The notes: a model not told the origin generated them from the sequence alone. Positions 1 to 12,798 are shown, counted from the first letter of the stretch. The stretch is DNA of 64,000 bases from Nitrospirota bacterium (GCA_963741205.1 CAVUHW010000026.1:1-64000), one strand, 5' to 3'. A program made the numbers and translations.

Positions 1-398
1 CTGATTCCGCCTTCAATCACATTGAAATACCGATATTTTTCAAGAGTCATATCTTGTGGTCATCCTTCATGATTGTCCCCAATTAATACTTTAGATGTAA
101 AATATCACACTTATTCTTAAAATATTGCATTATGTTATAATCAGAGCTATAGCTTTTTCTGTTTTTTAATCGTAGTCAGATCATCTTTTCTCATCTTAGT
201 ATCAGCGGTAAAGCATTCCACGGAGAGAAAACCAGGATACACCTAAAGCTCGAAGCGAGCCAAAGCCCGTGGGAAGACGCTTCATCTTCAGGCGGAATTC
301 TGAAGTTTTTTGCAGCTAAAAAAATTTTAGAGCCGTTTCTTCAATAATCATTCATCCGACACGCGATAAGTTGATATGAAGTATACTGAGTTTCTTGT

Positions 399-3300
399 AT
401 GAGGAAAAAATCTCTCTCCATTGCCAAGATAACCCGGCCGACGCTTCCGAAGGTGTTTCTACGGGAGCGGCTGTTCAAGTTGCTCGACGAGGGCGGGGAA
501 CGTTGCGTCACCTGGATTTCCGGCCCGGCCGGTTCCGGCAAGACCACTCTCGTTGCCAGCTACCTTGACGCGAGAAATCTTCCCTGCATGTGGTACCAGG
601 TAGACGCCGGCGATACAGATCCCGCGACATTTTTCTACTATCTGGGCATTGGGGCAAGAAAGGCCGCGCCGCGGCTCAGGGGTCCCCTGCCTCTGCTCAC
701 TCCTGAATACGGCCCCGCAATCCAGACCTTCACGACACGATATTTCGAGGGCCTCTTTGATCGGCTGAAACAGCCCTCTGTCTTCGTGCTGGACAATTAT
801 CAGGAGGCGCCTGCCGGGTCGGCTCTAGACGGGATCATCGCAAACGGCCTCGCTGTCATCCCGCCGGGTCAGAAGGTCATTGTAATCAGCCGCAACGAAC
901 CTCCCTCATCTTTTGCACGGTCACAGGCCAACAGCTGTATGGCGATCATCGGATGGGATCAGTTGCGTCTTACACACGATGAGCTGACTGAAGTCATGAA
1001 CTTGCAGTGCGCCGGGCCGCTCCCGAAAGAAACGGTCCGTTCCGCATACGAGAAGACCCGCGGCTGGGCAGCGGGAGCGGTACTGCTCTGCCAGGCCGTC
1101 AGAATTGAGGCCGCGGATTCTGAAACGATAAAGAACCTTCGGCCGAAAAAGGTGTTCGATTATTTTTCGAACGAGCTGTTCGCGCGTACCGACGCATCGA
1201 TCCAGGAGTTCCTGCTCATGACCGCCTTTCTGCGCAACCTCACGCCGAAGATTGCCGGAGAGCTTTCCGGTCATGGAGACGCAGGAGAGATCCTGTCCGA
1301 GCTGGACCGAAGGAACTTTTTCATCGAGAAACGGAGCCAGCCGGAGCTCACATATCAATACCATCCCCTATTCCGCGAGTTCCTTCTGAGCAGGGCCGGG
1401 AAGACTTTTTCGCAGGAAGAGATCGCCTCCCTGCAGAAAAAGGCGGCACAGATGCTCGAGGCCTCGGGCCTGGTCGATGACGCGGCCGACCTGTATCGCG
1501 AGTGCCAGGACTGGCAGGGAATGACCCGGATGGTCCTTCAAAACGCTCAAGCTCTGATCGCACAAGGACGGAACGAGACGCTCGAACGATGGCTCCTGGC
1601 CTTACCCGCCGGGATGTGCAAGGCCTCTCCCTTGCTGTTGTACTGGCGAGGAATCTGCCGGCTCTCCCGCGACCCGGCAGAGGCGAGGCCGTATTTCTGT
1701 GAAGCCTATGCGCTGTTCAAGCGGCTGAGCGACCGCACGGGTCTCTTTCTGAGCTGGTCGGGCGTCGTTGAGACCTATTTGTATGAATGGGACACGATGG
1801 CGCCGCTCAGGGGATGGATCCGAGAGCTCAAAGGCCTGCTCAAGCACGAGAAAAAATTTCCCGCGCCGGACATCGAGATCGCCGTCACGATCCGCATGTT
1901 CACCGCACTGTTCTTCATCCAGCCCCAGGACCGTGATCTTCCCGCTTGGGAACAAAAGATGACGACGTACCTGGAGCAGGCAGAGGATCCGGACCAGCGC
2001 ATGATGCTCTCCGCCTATCTGCTTTTCTACTACTCCTGGACCGGAGAGCTGGGAAAAATGAACAAGCTCCTGAGAGACTTCGATACCGGGAGCCGGATGC
2101 AGAGCGCATCTCCCATAACGCGGATTTTGTGGCTGTCACAGGCGGCAGTATATTCCTGGATCCGGGCGAAGAGCGCGGAAAGCCTCAGGCTTGGTGGAGG
2201 AAGCATTGGAGCTGTCACGAAAGTTTGACACTCATGTGGCGGACACACGGGTCATGACGCAAGCCGTTTTTGCATTGCTGGGAGCCGGCGACGTCGAGTC
2301 CGCAGGGAACTATCTGGGTAAGATAAAGGCGGTATTAAACCCGAAGCAGCGCATGGATGTGTGGCAATATCATTATGTCAGCGCCTATTATTTTGCCGTG
2401 GCCGGCGATCTCGCCAGTGCTCATGAACATGCCACCAGGGCAACTTCTCTGTGGGATGAAACAGGCGTTCCATTCGTTGTGGCCCACGGCAACGCTTGTC
2501 TTGCTCAGATTCATATCCTGCGCAATGAGTTTCACGAGGCACGGGTTTGCATTGAAAGGGCGCGGGCAGCAGGCAGGCAGCTGCGCAGCAGAAATATAGA
2601 GATGCAGGTGCGTCTCCTGGAAGCGCAAATGGCCCACGCCCAGGGCGATGAACAACGAATGGTCCGGGCCTTGCGAAAAGGGCTCATCATAGGCCGGGAA
2701 ACAGGATTGTTGGGCGTCATCTGGTGGCCGCCCTGGGCGATGGCCACGCTCTGCGCGAAGGCCCTCGAGCTCGGCATCGAGACGGAGTACGTACAAGAGC
2801 TGATCAGGAAGCGCAGCTTTACGCCGGATACGCCGCCTTATCACCTGGAGAACTGGCCCTGGCCGGTGAAGATCTACACGCTCGGGAGGTTCAGTCTCCT
2901 CGAAAACGGAAAGCCTGTCCGCTCTCAAGGAAAGACACAGAAGAAGCCCCTGGAAATGCTGAAGGCAGTCATCGCGCTGGGTGGAAGGGAGGTCAATGAG
3001 GAGCGGATTATTGACGCCCTCTGGCCTGACGCAGAGGACGACGCAGCACGCATGCTGTTTAAGACCACGCTCTATCGACTGCGTCAATTGATGGGGAACA
3101 GCAATGCGATAGTTGTTCATGAAGGGCGCGTGACTCTGGACAATAGGCTCTGCTGGGTAGACGCCTGGGCTTTTGAACGGTTTCTCGGGGAGGCCGAAAA
3201 AGAGTGGGTGCGGAGCAGGGAACAGCAAAGCACGAGCCGGGGCGCGGACAAGGCTGCGGAAGCGGCGAGGCTGATGGAAAAGGCCCTTGCGCTGTACCAG

Positions 3301-3694
3301 TGCCCGTTTCTGGAGGCCGACTGCAACGAGCCCTGGACGGTCTCTCAGCGTGAGCACCTGAGGATGCGGTATATCCGCGCCGTCGGCAGACTGGGATGCC
3401 ACTGGGAGCATGACCGGGGATTTCGAAAAGGCCGCGGATTGCTATCAATCGGCGCTCCGGGTCGATGAGCTTACGGAGGAATTCTACCAGCGTCTCATGA
3501 ACTGCTACCATAAGTTGGGCCGCAAGGCCGAGGCGATCAAAACGTACCATCGGTGCTGCTCGGCACTCAAGGCGAACATGAGCGTCGAGCCCTCGCCTGA
3601 GACTACGGCTATTTACCACAACATAACGCATAGCGTCAAAGAAGATCCTGCCATCATTGCTCAATCTGAATTTTACCCGCAAGTTAGAATCTGA
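399..3694 (+). CDS. MalT-like STAND ATPase-TPR-BTAD (SARP-type) transcriptional regulator, ~1100 aa, split by two frameshifts (~2195, ~3415)
   Basis: Walker A GPAGSGKT, WYQVDAGDTDP, GWAAG and YQYHPLFREFL MalT-family motifs; C-terminal 'IYTLGRF...DALWPD...LYRLR...VDAWAFE...ALYQ' wHTH/BTAD; ORFs 399-2228, 2191-3468 and 3410-3694 overlap mid-domain. Confidence 0.85.
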
Positions 3695-3756
3695 AAAAAA
3701 GTAATCCTTTCTATCTTATCCGCAGGCACAGCACACCTTATTGCACAATTCCACAG

Positions 3757-3775
3757 TGTATCCTATCTGTATCCT
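3757..3775 (+). promoter_or_regulatory. Direct repeat TGTATCCT x2 at 11-bp period, candidate SARP/BTAD operator
   Basis: tgtatcct-atc-tgtatcct followed by cacctgtgatatgc (-10-like), ~100 bp upstream of the 3875 gene. Confidence 0.5.
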
Positions 3776-3874
3776 CACCTGTGATATGCATTCACTATCA
3801 AGGAAAGCTTAGAATCTGATTCAAACGCCACCGACATTGAAAGAGAAAACAACGGTTGGAAGAAGGAGCAAGCA

Positions 3875-4090
3875 GTGAACAGTTATGTTGTCCGTATTTA
3901 CCGGCAGGAAGAAGACAATCCCCGTAAGCTCGTGGGGGTTGTGGAGGAGGTCGGCGTTAAAGGCAAGAGGGCGTTCACCGATATCGACGATCTGTGGGAG
4001 ATATTGTGCGCGCCGAAAAAATACGCTAAAGAAAAGCGAGCATCAAGAGCAAAAGAAAACAAAGCGGCGAATTGCGCATCTGTCCATTAA
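3875..4090 (+). CDS. Small hypothetical protein (71 aa)
   Basis: GTG start with AAGGAG RBS; SYVVRIYR...LVGVVEEVG...AFTDIDDLWEIL beta-beta-beta-alpha pattern. Confidence 0.75.
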   Translation: MNSYVVRIYRQEEDNPRKLVGVVEEVGVKGKRAFTDIDDLWEILCAPKKYAKEKRASRAKENKAANCASVH

Positions 4091-4263
4091 GCCTCGGAGA
4101 GGAGGGAATACCAGAGCGGGTTCTTTGAGTTTTGCTTCTCATTTTTACCCACTCAACCTGAACTTAATTTTAAAAAACGTGACCTTTTCACGATCGCGTA
4201 CGTCTCTTCTTAATTATAACCAGGCTCTATATTGAGTCAACCATCAAGGAAAGAGAGGCGATT

Positions 4264-7200
4264 ATGCTTACGAACAGGGATAGGTCCGGTCTGTGGGTGT
4301 ACAGCATTATTGCTTTCGTATTCATGCTCGGTTTTTCGGGCACTGCCTTCGGCAAGCTCGAAGTCAGGATAAATGACTACGTAATCGATATGAAAGAGCA
4401 GGAGCCCATAGTTCCGCCGGAGCTCGAACCGAGCGACGTGCAGCAGCAGAAGAAAACGTTGAACGGCACGTTCATCCTGAAAGGGAAAGGTCAAAAAAAG
4501 AAGTCAGTTGAGCCCGACGACCAGCAGACCAGGGAAGAGCTCAAGTTCAAAAAGTGGATCGTCCAGTTCAACGGCCCGATCCATGAGGTGGACAAGCAGA
4601 GTCTCATAGACTTGGGTTGCCGGATCGGAGATTACCTGCCTGACTTTGCATACCTCGTGACCATGGACACCAAGACGAAGGAACTGGTGGAGAAACTCCC
4701 CTTCATCAACGGCGTGGTCCGCTACAAGCCTGCTTATAAGATCCACAAGAATCTGAAAGACGCGTCCGGCGCCGTGAAGGTCACGAAGGGGCAGAAGATG
4801 AAACTCAATATCCGTGTTGACGCGCAGAACCGGTCCCTGGTCCTGTCCGAGATTCACAAAAAGAAAGGAAAAGTTCTGGATGTGAGCGGCGACATGGTCC
4901 GGGTGGAAGTTGCTTCGGAACATATCGCCCAATTGTCCCAGATCGAGGAGTTGCTCTGGGTCGAAGAAGCGGTCCCGCTGAAACTGCTGAACGACACCAC
5001 CAAATGGACAATCCAGACATACATTCCGAACGACACGAAGATCTGGGACAAGGGGCTGCACGGCGAGGACCAGATCGTCGGCATCGGCGATACGGGCCTC
5101 GATTACGACATGTGCTTTTTCCGGGACCCCGCCGGCAATCCCATCGGACCTACGCACCGGAAAGTAGCGGGATACACGCCCTTTGCGGACGATTATGACG
5201 GGAACTTCGGCCACGGCTCCCACGTCGCGGGCATCGTTGCCGGAGACCGGACGCCCGTGGACGGCCTCTCGACCGCCAGCGGCATGGCGCCCAAGGCCAA
5301 GGTGTTCATGCAGGATATTACGCCCGGGGAGATCGAACGCTGTGTATCCTCCTTCGGACCTGGGTGATATGTTCATCATTGTCTATCAGGCAGGGGCTCG
5401 CCTCCATACCAACAGTTGGGGAGGGGGCGGAAACGCAATATGAGACCTTAGGCTGGAGCGCGGACCGATTCATGTGGGAGCATAAGGATTTTCTGGCCTT
5501 CTTTGCCAACGGCAATGCCGGACCCGGCGATGGATCGGTCGCTTTTCCGGCAACTGCGAAGAATGTCGTGAGCGTGGGCGCCACGGAGAACGGCACGAGC
5601 GCCGAGAACATGGCTGTGTTCAGCAGCCATGGCCCCACGGCTGACGGAAGGCTCAAACCTACGGTGACCGCGCCGGGCGTGAACATCTCTTCGGCGGACT
5701 CCGATGGCATCAAGGACAGCAACAACTGCGGTACCATCGCCTACAGCGGCACCTCCATGGCCACGCCTGCCGTTGCCGGCGCTGCGGCCCTCGTGAGGCA
5801 GTATTATGAGAACGGGTACTGGCCTTCGGGAACGGCGAACGCTGCGGATGGCTTCGCACCTTCTGCCGCCCTCGTCAAGGCGACGCTGATCAACAGCGCC
5901 CAGAATATGACTGGCGCATGGGCCGTCGCCCCCATCCCTTCCACAGGCCAGGGCTGGGGCAGGATCAACCTCTCAAACACACTTCGCTTCGTCGGGGACA
6001 CGAAGGCTCTCGACATTGCCGATGTCAGCACCGGCCTGGAAACCGGCGCGAGCTGGAGCCAGACCTATTTTTCTTCAGGCGACCAGGCGGTCAAGGTCAC
6101 CCTCGTTTGGACGGACTACCCCGGCAGCATGGGAGCGGATAAGGACCTGGTGAATGACCTTGACCTCGCCGTGACCAAGCCGGACGGCGTCACTACTTAT
6201 CTCGGCAACGTCTTCGCGAACGGGGCGTCGGTAACCGGTAGCAGCGCCGACCGTCTGAACGTTGAGGAGCAGGTCCTCATCCCCGCGGCCCAACAGGGCC
6301 TCTACACCGTGACGGTCACGGCATACAACGTCCCTTACGGTCCGCAGCCCTTTGCCGTGGTCATTTCAGGCGCAGGTGGCATCACCCCCAAGGGGTTCAT
6401 CAGCCTCGACCGGACCCGGTACAACGGTTCGAGCACGATCCAGATCAAGGTCGGGGACCTGAACCTGAACAAGAACAGCACAACGGTTGAGGAAGTGAGC
6501 GTAACCATCAGGAGCGCCACGGAACCCGGCGGCGAAATTGTGCGGCTCGTGGAGTCCGGACCGAACACTGCGGTCTTCGTCGGCTCCCTGGCCACCAGAC
6601 TCGGGCCGGCAACGCCGAACAACGGTTTTCTGGAGATCGCGGAAGGGGACACCATCACCGCAATATACCTGGACGCGAACGACGGCACCGGTGCGCCTGC
6701 GACCGTGACGGCGACGGCGCTTGCGGACCTCACGCCTCCGGCCATTTCGACGATTACAGCGGAGCCCATCGGACAGGACGGCGCCACGGTCTCGTGGACG
6801 ACGAACGAACCGGCTACAACCACCGTCAATTACGGCGAAACGACCGCCCTGGGCGCTTCGAAGTCCGTCCCTTGGTTCATGACCCGCCACACCGTCGACC
6901 TCGGACTTCTGAAGGAAGCCACGACATACTACTATGAGGTTACGTCAATTGACGAGGCGGGAAATATCGGCCGGAGCAATAACGGTGGAAGTCTGTTGAC
7001 TTTCACGACCCTCAGTTTGCCGCCGGACCTCTCGGTCTATTCATCAAACAATACGGAGACGTCCCAGCCCGAGACGGTGATCTACGGCAAGGCCAGCGAC
7101 CCGTCGGGGGTGGCCTCGGTCTTGGTCAACGGCCAGGCAGCCTCGTACAGGACGAGCGACGGGTATTATGAAATAACGGTCTCCCTCTCCCTAGGGGAGA

Positions 7201-10200
7201 ACCTTTTCACCGTCGTCGCGACGGACACCCTGGGCAATGCCCGGACGCTCAGCATCTCGATCACCCGCCTGGAGCCGCCAGATCTGGTGATCACCTCCGT
7301 GGCCAATCCAGCGCAGGGAGGAATCGCTGAACCGGTCCACGTCGATATCACCCTGTGCAACATCGGCGCCGGACCCGCCCCGTGGTCGGGATGGGTGGCG
7401 TTCTTCCTTTCCAACGATGCCGTCATTTCTCCAACGGACGATATGGATCTGTTATCCTATTTTGGCTACGGGGATACGATCGCACCCGGAGAATGCCTGC
7501 CCTACGGGCTCGAGATCCGGCTGCCGGGCTTCACGAACCTTATCGGCAATACCTACTACTTCGGAGCCTATGCGGACATTGGGGTGGAAATCGGGGAGTC
7601 CGATGAAACTAACAACAGCCGTGCAGGCAGCCAGATAACGCTGGGCGGGCCTGATCTGACCATGACCTCGGTATCGGCGCCGCAGAACGCGGGGACGGAC
7701 AACCGCGTTCACGGTCGCCAACACGGTCAAGAACATCGGCGTCGGAGCAAGCTGGGGTTTTGACGTGGGAATATACCTTTCCACGGACGCCATCATTACG
7801 CCGTCGGACTTCAGGATCAGCAGCAGACACGTTGGTTTCCTCTATTCGGGTGTATCGAGTTCCGACACCACGCTCGTAACCATCCCGAGCACCATTCCCG
7901 GCGGGACGTATTACATCGGTGTGATTGCCAACCCGAACAACGGTCTCCGGGAATCAAACAAGACGAACAACTCCCTGGTCGGCAACCAGGTGACGGTATC
8001 CATTCCGGACCTCGCCATGACCGCGGTGAGCGGGCCAGCGAGCGCTCCCAGCGGTACTGCCATCTCGGTTAACAACACAGTGACCGCGCAACCGGCAGTC
8101 GGGGGTGCGTCCGGGTTCTATGTGGGCATCTATCTCTCGCCTGACCCAGTTATAACGAAATCCGACATCCTGCTGACCGAGCGTTACGTGGACGTTCTTG
8201 CCTCCGGGGCATCCAAAGCCGCCAATACGACGGCGACCATTCCTGCCAGCGTTGCACCGGGTTCGTACTACATAGGCGCGATCGCGGACAGCCACGACAA
8301 CGTCCAGGAGTCGGACGAGACGAACAACGCTCTCACAGGCAATACGATCACAATCATTGGCCCGGACCTCGTCATGACCGCGGTGAGCGGGCCCGTGAGC
8401 GGGTTCACCGCGGGCGCGATCACGGTCAATAACACGGTCAGGGCGAGCGCCGCCGGCGCCCCGTCGCCGGACTTCTATGTGGGGATCTTCCTGTCCGCCG
8501 ATCCCGTCATTACCGAATCGGACACCCTCATCGGGTACCGCTACGTGCCCGGACTCGCGCCGGGGGCATCCAGCTCCGACGCTACGGCCGTAAAGCTTCC
8601 GGACAGCCTGCGGCCGGGCACTTATTACATCGGCGCGATCGCTGACAACTTCCATCTCTACCTCGATGATCCAGAATACGAATACAGCTGGGTCGTCTAT
8701 AATAACGCAAAGGAGTCCGATGAGACGAACAATGCCATGGCAGGGAACCAGATAATCCTCATCGGATCCGACCTCGTCATGTCCTCCGTGAGCGGACCCG
8801 CGAGCGGTTATGCGGGCAAACCCGTGGTGCTCAACAGCACCGTGACCTCCTCTGGCGGCGGGACTGGGCCGTTTGTTGTAGGGTTCTACCTGTCCAAGGA
8901 CAGCGTCATCACAACATCGGACACCTATCTCGGAAACCGCTTTATATCCGGCCTTGCGCCAGGGGCCTCCAGCGTAGCGAACACGACCTTCACGATTCCT
9001 GTGAGCCTTGCGCCTGGAACATATTACATCGGCGCGATTGCCGACACGTCAAACAATGTGTCTGAATCGAACGAGGCCAACAACGCTCTGGCCGGCAACC
9101 AGATCACCATTCTTGGTCCCGACCTCACGATGACCGCGGTGAGCGGGCCCGCGAGCGGCAGCACGGGAGGCAGCATCACCGTGAGCAACACGGTGAGCGC
9201 GAGTGCAAGCGGCGGCACACCGCCCGGTTTTTACGTCGGCATCTATCTCTCTGCGGATAGCGTGATCACCTCATCGGACATTTTCATCGGGTACCGGTAC
9301 GTCACCGGCCTGGCGACGGGCGCGTCCAGCACTGCTACTACGACGATCACGATCCCCGCGACGGTCCCGGGCGGGACCTACTATATCGGCGCGATTGCCG
9401 ATTACAACAATGCAGTCAAGGAATCGGACGAGACGAACAACGCTCTGGCCGGCAACCAGATCACCATTCTTGGTCCCGACCTCACGATGACAGCGGTGAG
9501 CGGTCCTGCGAGCGGCAGCACGGGAGGCAGCATCACCGTGAGCAATACGGTGAGCGCGAGCGGCGGCATCCCGGCCGGATTTTACGTCGGCATCTATCTC
9601 TCTGCGGATAGCGTAATCACCTCATCGGACATTTTCCTCGGGTACCGATACGTCACCGGCCTGACACCGGGTGCGCCCAGCACTGCTTCTATGACGATCA
9701 CGATCCCCGCGACGGTACCGGGCGGGACCTACTATATCGGCGCGATCGCCGATTATAACAATATGGTCAAGGAATCGGATGAGACGAACAACAGCCTTGC
9801 CGGCAACCAGATCACCATCCTTGGTCCCGACCTCAAGATGACTGCGGTGAACGGCCCGGCAAGCGCTGCACGAGGAGAGACCAAAACGGTCAGCGATACA
9901 GCAACCAATATCGGCGGGAGCGGTATATCCGCTTTCTATGTCGGAATCTATCTCTCCGCTGATTCCGTCATCACCGAGTCGGACATGCTCCTGGGATATC
10001 GCTACGTGCCCGGCCTCGCTCCCGGGGCTTCCAACACGGGAACCACCAGTGTTACCATTCCTTCTTCGATAGCGCCCGGTACGTACTATATCGGGGCGAT
10101 AGCGGACAATTTTACCGTCATGGAATGCGATGAGTGGGATTGTTGGGACACGGGAATGGGGAACAGAATCGTTGAATCGAATGAAGTGAACAACGCCCTG

Positions 10201-10615
10201 GCAGGCAACCAGATCGTCGTGGGCGGGCCCGACCTGGCAATGACCGCCGTATCAGGACCGGGAACGGGTATGAGGGGAGGGACGATCACGGTGAGCAACA
10301 CGGCGACAAATGCCGGTTCCGGCGCTTCTCCGAGCTTCTCGGTCGCATTGTACCTCTCCACGGACAGAGTGATCACCAGCTCTGATATCTTCTTGGGGAG
10401 CCGGTCCGTAGCGGGACTCGCGGCAGGGGCGTCCAATGCAGCGGCCACGACCGTTACGATCCCGCGCATCATCGGGCATGATGAAGATGGAAATTCGATC
10501 GAGTCTGCCGGCGGGAACCTATTATATCGGCGCAATAGCGGATTACTTAAACCGGGTGCAGGAGTTAAGCGAGGTAAACAACGCCCTGGCATCCAATCAG
10601 ATCGTGATAAACTAG
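4264..10615 (+). CDS. Secreted S8 subtilase (KP-43-like) with propeptide, C-terminal beta domains, FN3/Ig domains and 9 CARDB repeats; ~2100 aa, ~4 frameshifts
   Basis: Signal peptide; catalytic motifs IGDTG, GHGSHVAG, oxyanion ANGNAG, SGTSMATP; PSAALVKATLINSA, QGWGR, LVNDLDL, NVEEQV; repeated PDL.MT...YYIGAIAD...ESDETNN; last repeat continues in another frame to TAG at 10613-10615. Confidence 0.88.
9080..9835 (+). repeat. Near-identical tandem duplication (~355 bp unit) of a CARDB coding repeat
   Basis: aacaacgctctggccggcaaccagatcaccattcttggtcccgacctcacgatgac recurs at ~9081 and ~9436, with a similar copy at ~9787; differences are mostly synonymous. Confidence 0.9.
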
Positions 10616-10640
10616 TACTTTCGGCTTTTCTACATTTCAC

Positions 10641-10673
10641 GGCGGCGCTACGGCTGACGACTGTAGCGCCGTC
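10641..10673 (+). other. 13-bp stem-loop downstream of protease
   Basis: ggcggcgctacgg-ctgacga-ctgtagcgccgtc; no U-tract. Confidence 0.5.
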
Positions 10674-10760
10674 GATGGTTGCCTATCCCCGGTCGCCTGG
10701 CTCTCATGCCGACCATCCCGGCAGATATGCCGATATGCATAAGGGGGTGGAGGAAAGAAA

Positions 10761-11093
10761 ATGGGTTATCGTACCCTGTTGCTCGGACTGACGGTCCTTT
10801 GTTTGACTGTGGTACCTGCCGCCGCTTCCTACACCGGCGATGAGGAGAAACGAGGCCTCATAACCGTGACCGGCACCATCACCTATATCGATCTTGAAGG
10901 CGGATTTTATGGTTTCGTTGCCGACAACGGCGACCGGTATTTCCCCGTCAACCTGGACCAGCAGTTCAAGGTCAATAATAAGAAGGTCCGCATCGAGGGG
11001 AAGATCCGGAAAAGCGTCATGACTACAGTTATGTGGGGCACGCCCCTGGAAATACTCAAGATCCAAGGGTTGTCCCAAGGTGAATCACTATAG
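10761..11093 (+). CDS. Small secreted hypothetical protein (110 aa, all-beta)
   Basis: GGAGGA RBS, signal peptide ending PAAA-S, GTITYIDLEGGFYG...TTVMWGTPLEI. Confidence 0.8.
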   Translation: MGYRTLLLGLTVLCLTVVPAAASYTGDEEKRGLITVTGTITYIDLEGGFYGFVADNGDRYFPVNLDQQFKVNNKKVRIEGKIRKSVMTTVMWGTPLEILKIQGLSQGESL

Positions 11094-11932
11094 TTCCCGT
11101 CAAAGAAAACCGGCTTGTTGATGACGATTACCTGCTCTTTTTCGCGGCCAACTTATTTTAACCCCTTCCCTCTTTCAGGATCGATCGTATCAACCTCAAA
11201 TGGTCCTATGGGTTTGTGCTGGTGCGAAGAAACTCTCCCCGCACTCTCCCCAAAGCAGACAAAAAACGCGAAAAAACAATAGTGCGGATTATTTCGATTC
11301 TCATGCTCTCCCGCCAATTTGTACTTTAATATCAAAGAAGTAATCCAAAAAGGTTCGTACCGTGGTCATACCGTAAGAAGTTAAATAAGAAGGGTATGCG
11401 GATTATTGGGTTGATTCTGTAACATTATGAAACTGCCATAAAGCATTAAAAAAACCGGATATTGTGGTTTATTTACCTATATCTCGCCCTCCTCGATCAT
11501 TTTACCCAAGGTTGAGAACTCAACTCTGTATCTAATATATTCTATGGGCTCTGCGAAAGCCTCTATCCCTGCCGTCACGGGGAAATCTCGTTTTGGGTAT
11601 CTCATATCCTTTTTGTCTTTGCCGGCTATTATGCCAAGGAAAACCATTTTAGCTCTCAACACATCAAATGAGTAGCCACGGCCTTTCCTGTTTTTTAACC
11701 TTTCAGGTCGATTTTATAAATTGACCTTAATCAACCACAAATCCCGGATACGCGTTATAATTAAATGGCATTATCCATGGCCGAGAGGGCCTGAAAGGCT
11801 GCTTTGTCGTATTCATCGCGCAGAGTCACACAGAGCCTGCGGAAAAACCTCGCAAGCATGTTCAGGGACTATCAGAGCAGCGGTTTATCGTCGAAAAAGG
11901 AAGTTGGACGCCACTATATTTAGGAGGCCGCA

Positions 11933-12328
11933 ATGATGAACATAGAAATTTTAGAGGAGTCGAGGTTTCTTCATGTAGTTGGATCTGGGGAGTTTTCGTT
12001 AGCAGAGGCGAAAAGAACCTTTATAGAGATACTCAAAGCTCTTAACTGCAACCCGGCGAAAAAGGTACTTTTCGATTGCAGAAAAGTTAATGGAAACCCG
12101 GAGGTCATGGAACGATTCTATTACGGTGAATTTGCCGGTGCATCGTTAAGAAAATACGAAGGGTATTGTAATATAAATGCCCTTGATGCTACACAATTCG
12201 CTTATGTCCTTAATTACCCATTGCGTGACCCTAACAGGTTAGGTGAACTGGCAGCTTCAGGGCAAGGCATGTTTGTTAGAACATTTGATACCATCGAAGA
12301 TGCTATCTTGTGGTTGAATGTCAAATAG
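11933..12328 (+). CDS. Hypothetical protein, STAS/SpoIIAA-like fold
   Basis: AGGAGG RBS; KVLFDCR and C-terminal VRTFDTIEDAILWL pattern; low GC. Confidence 0.65.
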   Translation: MMNIEILEESRFLHVVGSGEFSLAEAKRTFIEILKALNCNPAKKVLFDCRKVNGNPEVMERFYYGEFAGASLRKYEGYCNINALDATQFAYVLNYPLRDPNRLGELAASGQGMFVRTFDTIEDAILWLNVK

Positions 12329-12798
12329 AAAGGAGAATTTTGACCGCCACAGTATTCTTAGCCGTTTCTTTCATTGTGCCATTATTCTAAGGCCCACGTC
12401 CCATGCCCTACGCTCACAAACAGAGGACTATTTGCAAGCGTCTGCTGACTTGATCATATTAGATATCGATTGTAAAGTTGCCGGGTTTTAGCCCGCTCCC
12501 GCCACTTCCCGCCCATGTTTTCAACTGCAACGACTTTTGTGCTATCCCGATAGGTTGCTTTTACAAGGCCAAAGAAAGAAGAAGACCCGCAAATATATTC
12601 CTAACCATAATGTCCTCCAGTCGTTTGTGATTATATGTTCAACCGCGGTGTTCATAGGAGCACAGTCCGTGATGCGATGTTTTCTCTCCCCGCAGCTCAA
12701 TTCCTTGATCATAACCGTGACGGCGAGATAGTCTGATTCGTCCCCAATAGAACATTCGCGCAGCCGATCGTCCGGAAGCGGATTCATAGTCTGCGTCA

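Noticed and set aside
1-50. Start of a minus-strand gene (MTLEKYRYFNVIEGG)
   Set aside because: Too short at the window edge to support a call.
9080-9835. Diversity-generating retroelement TR/VR pair or CRISPR array
   Set aside because: Repeats are in-frame CARDB domains, differences are mostly synonymous and not adenine-specific; no reverse transcriptase or cas genes.
10616-10791. C-terminal extension of the 7765-10791 ORF
   Set aside because: A frameshift near 10505 moves the last CARDB repeat to another frame ending at 10615; the extension is spurious.
11153-11936. Short ORFs in the AT-rich stretch
   Set aside because: No RBS or recognisable motifs; possibly decayed sequence but cannot be assigned.
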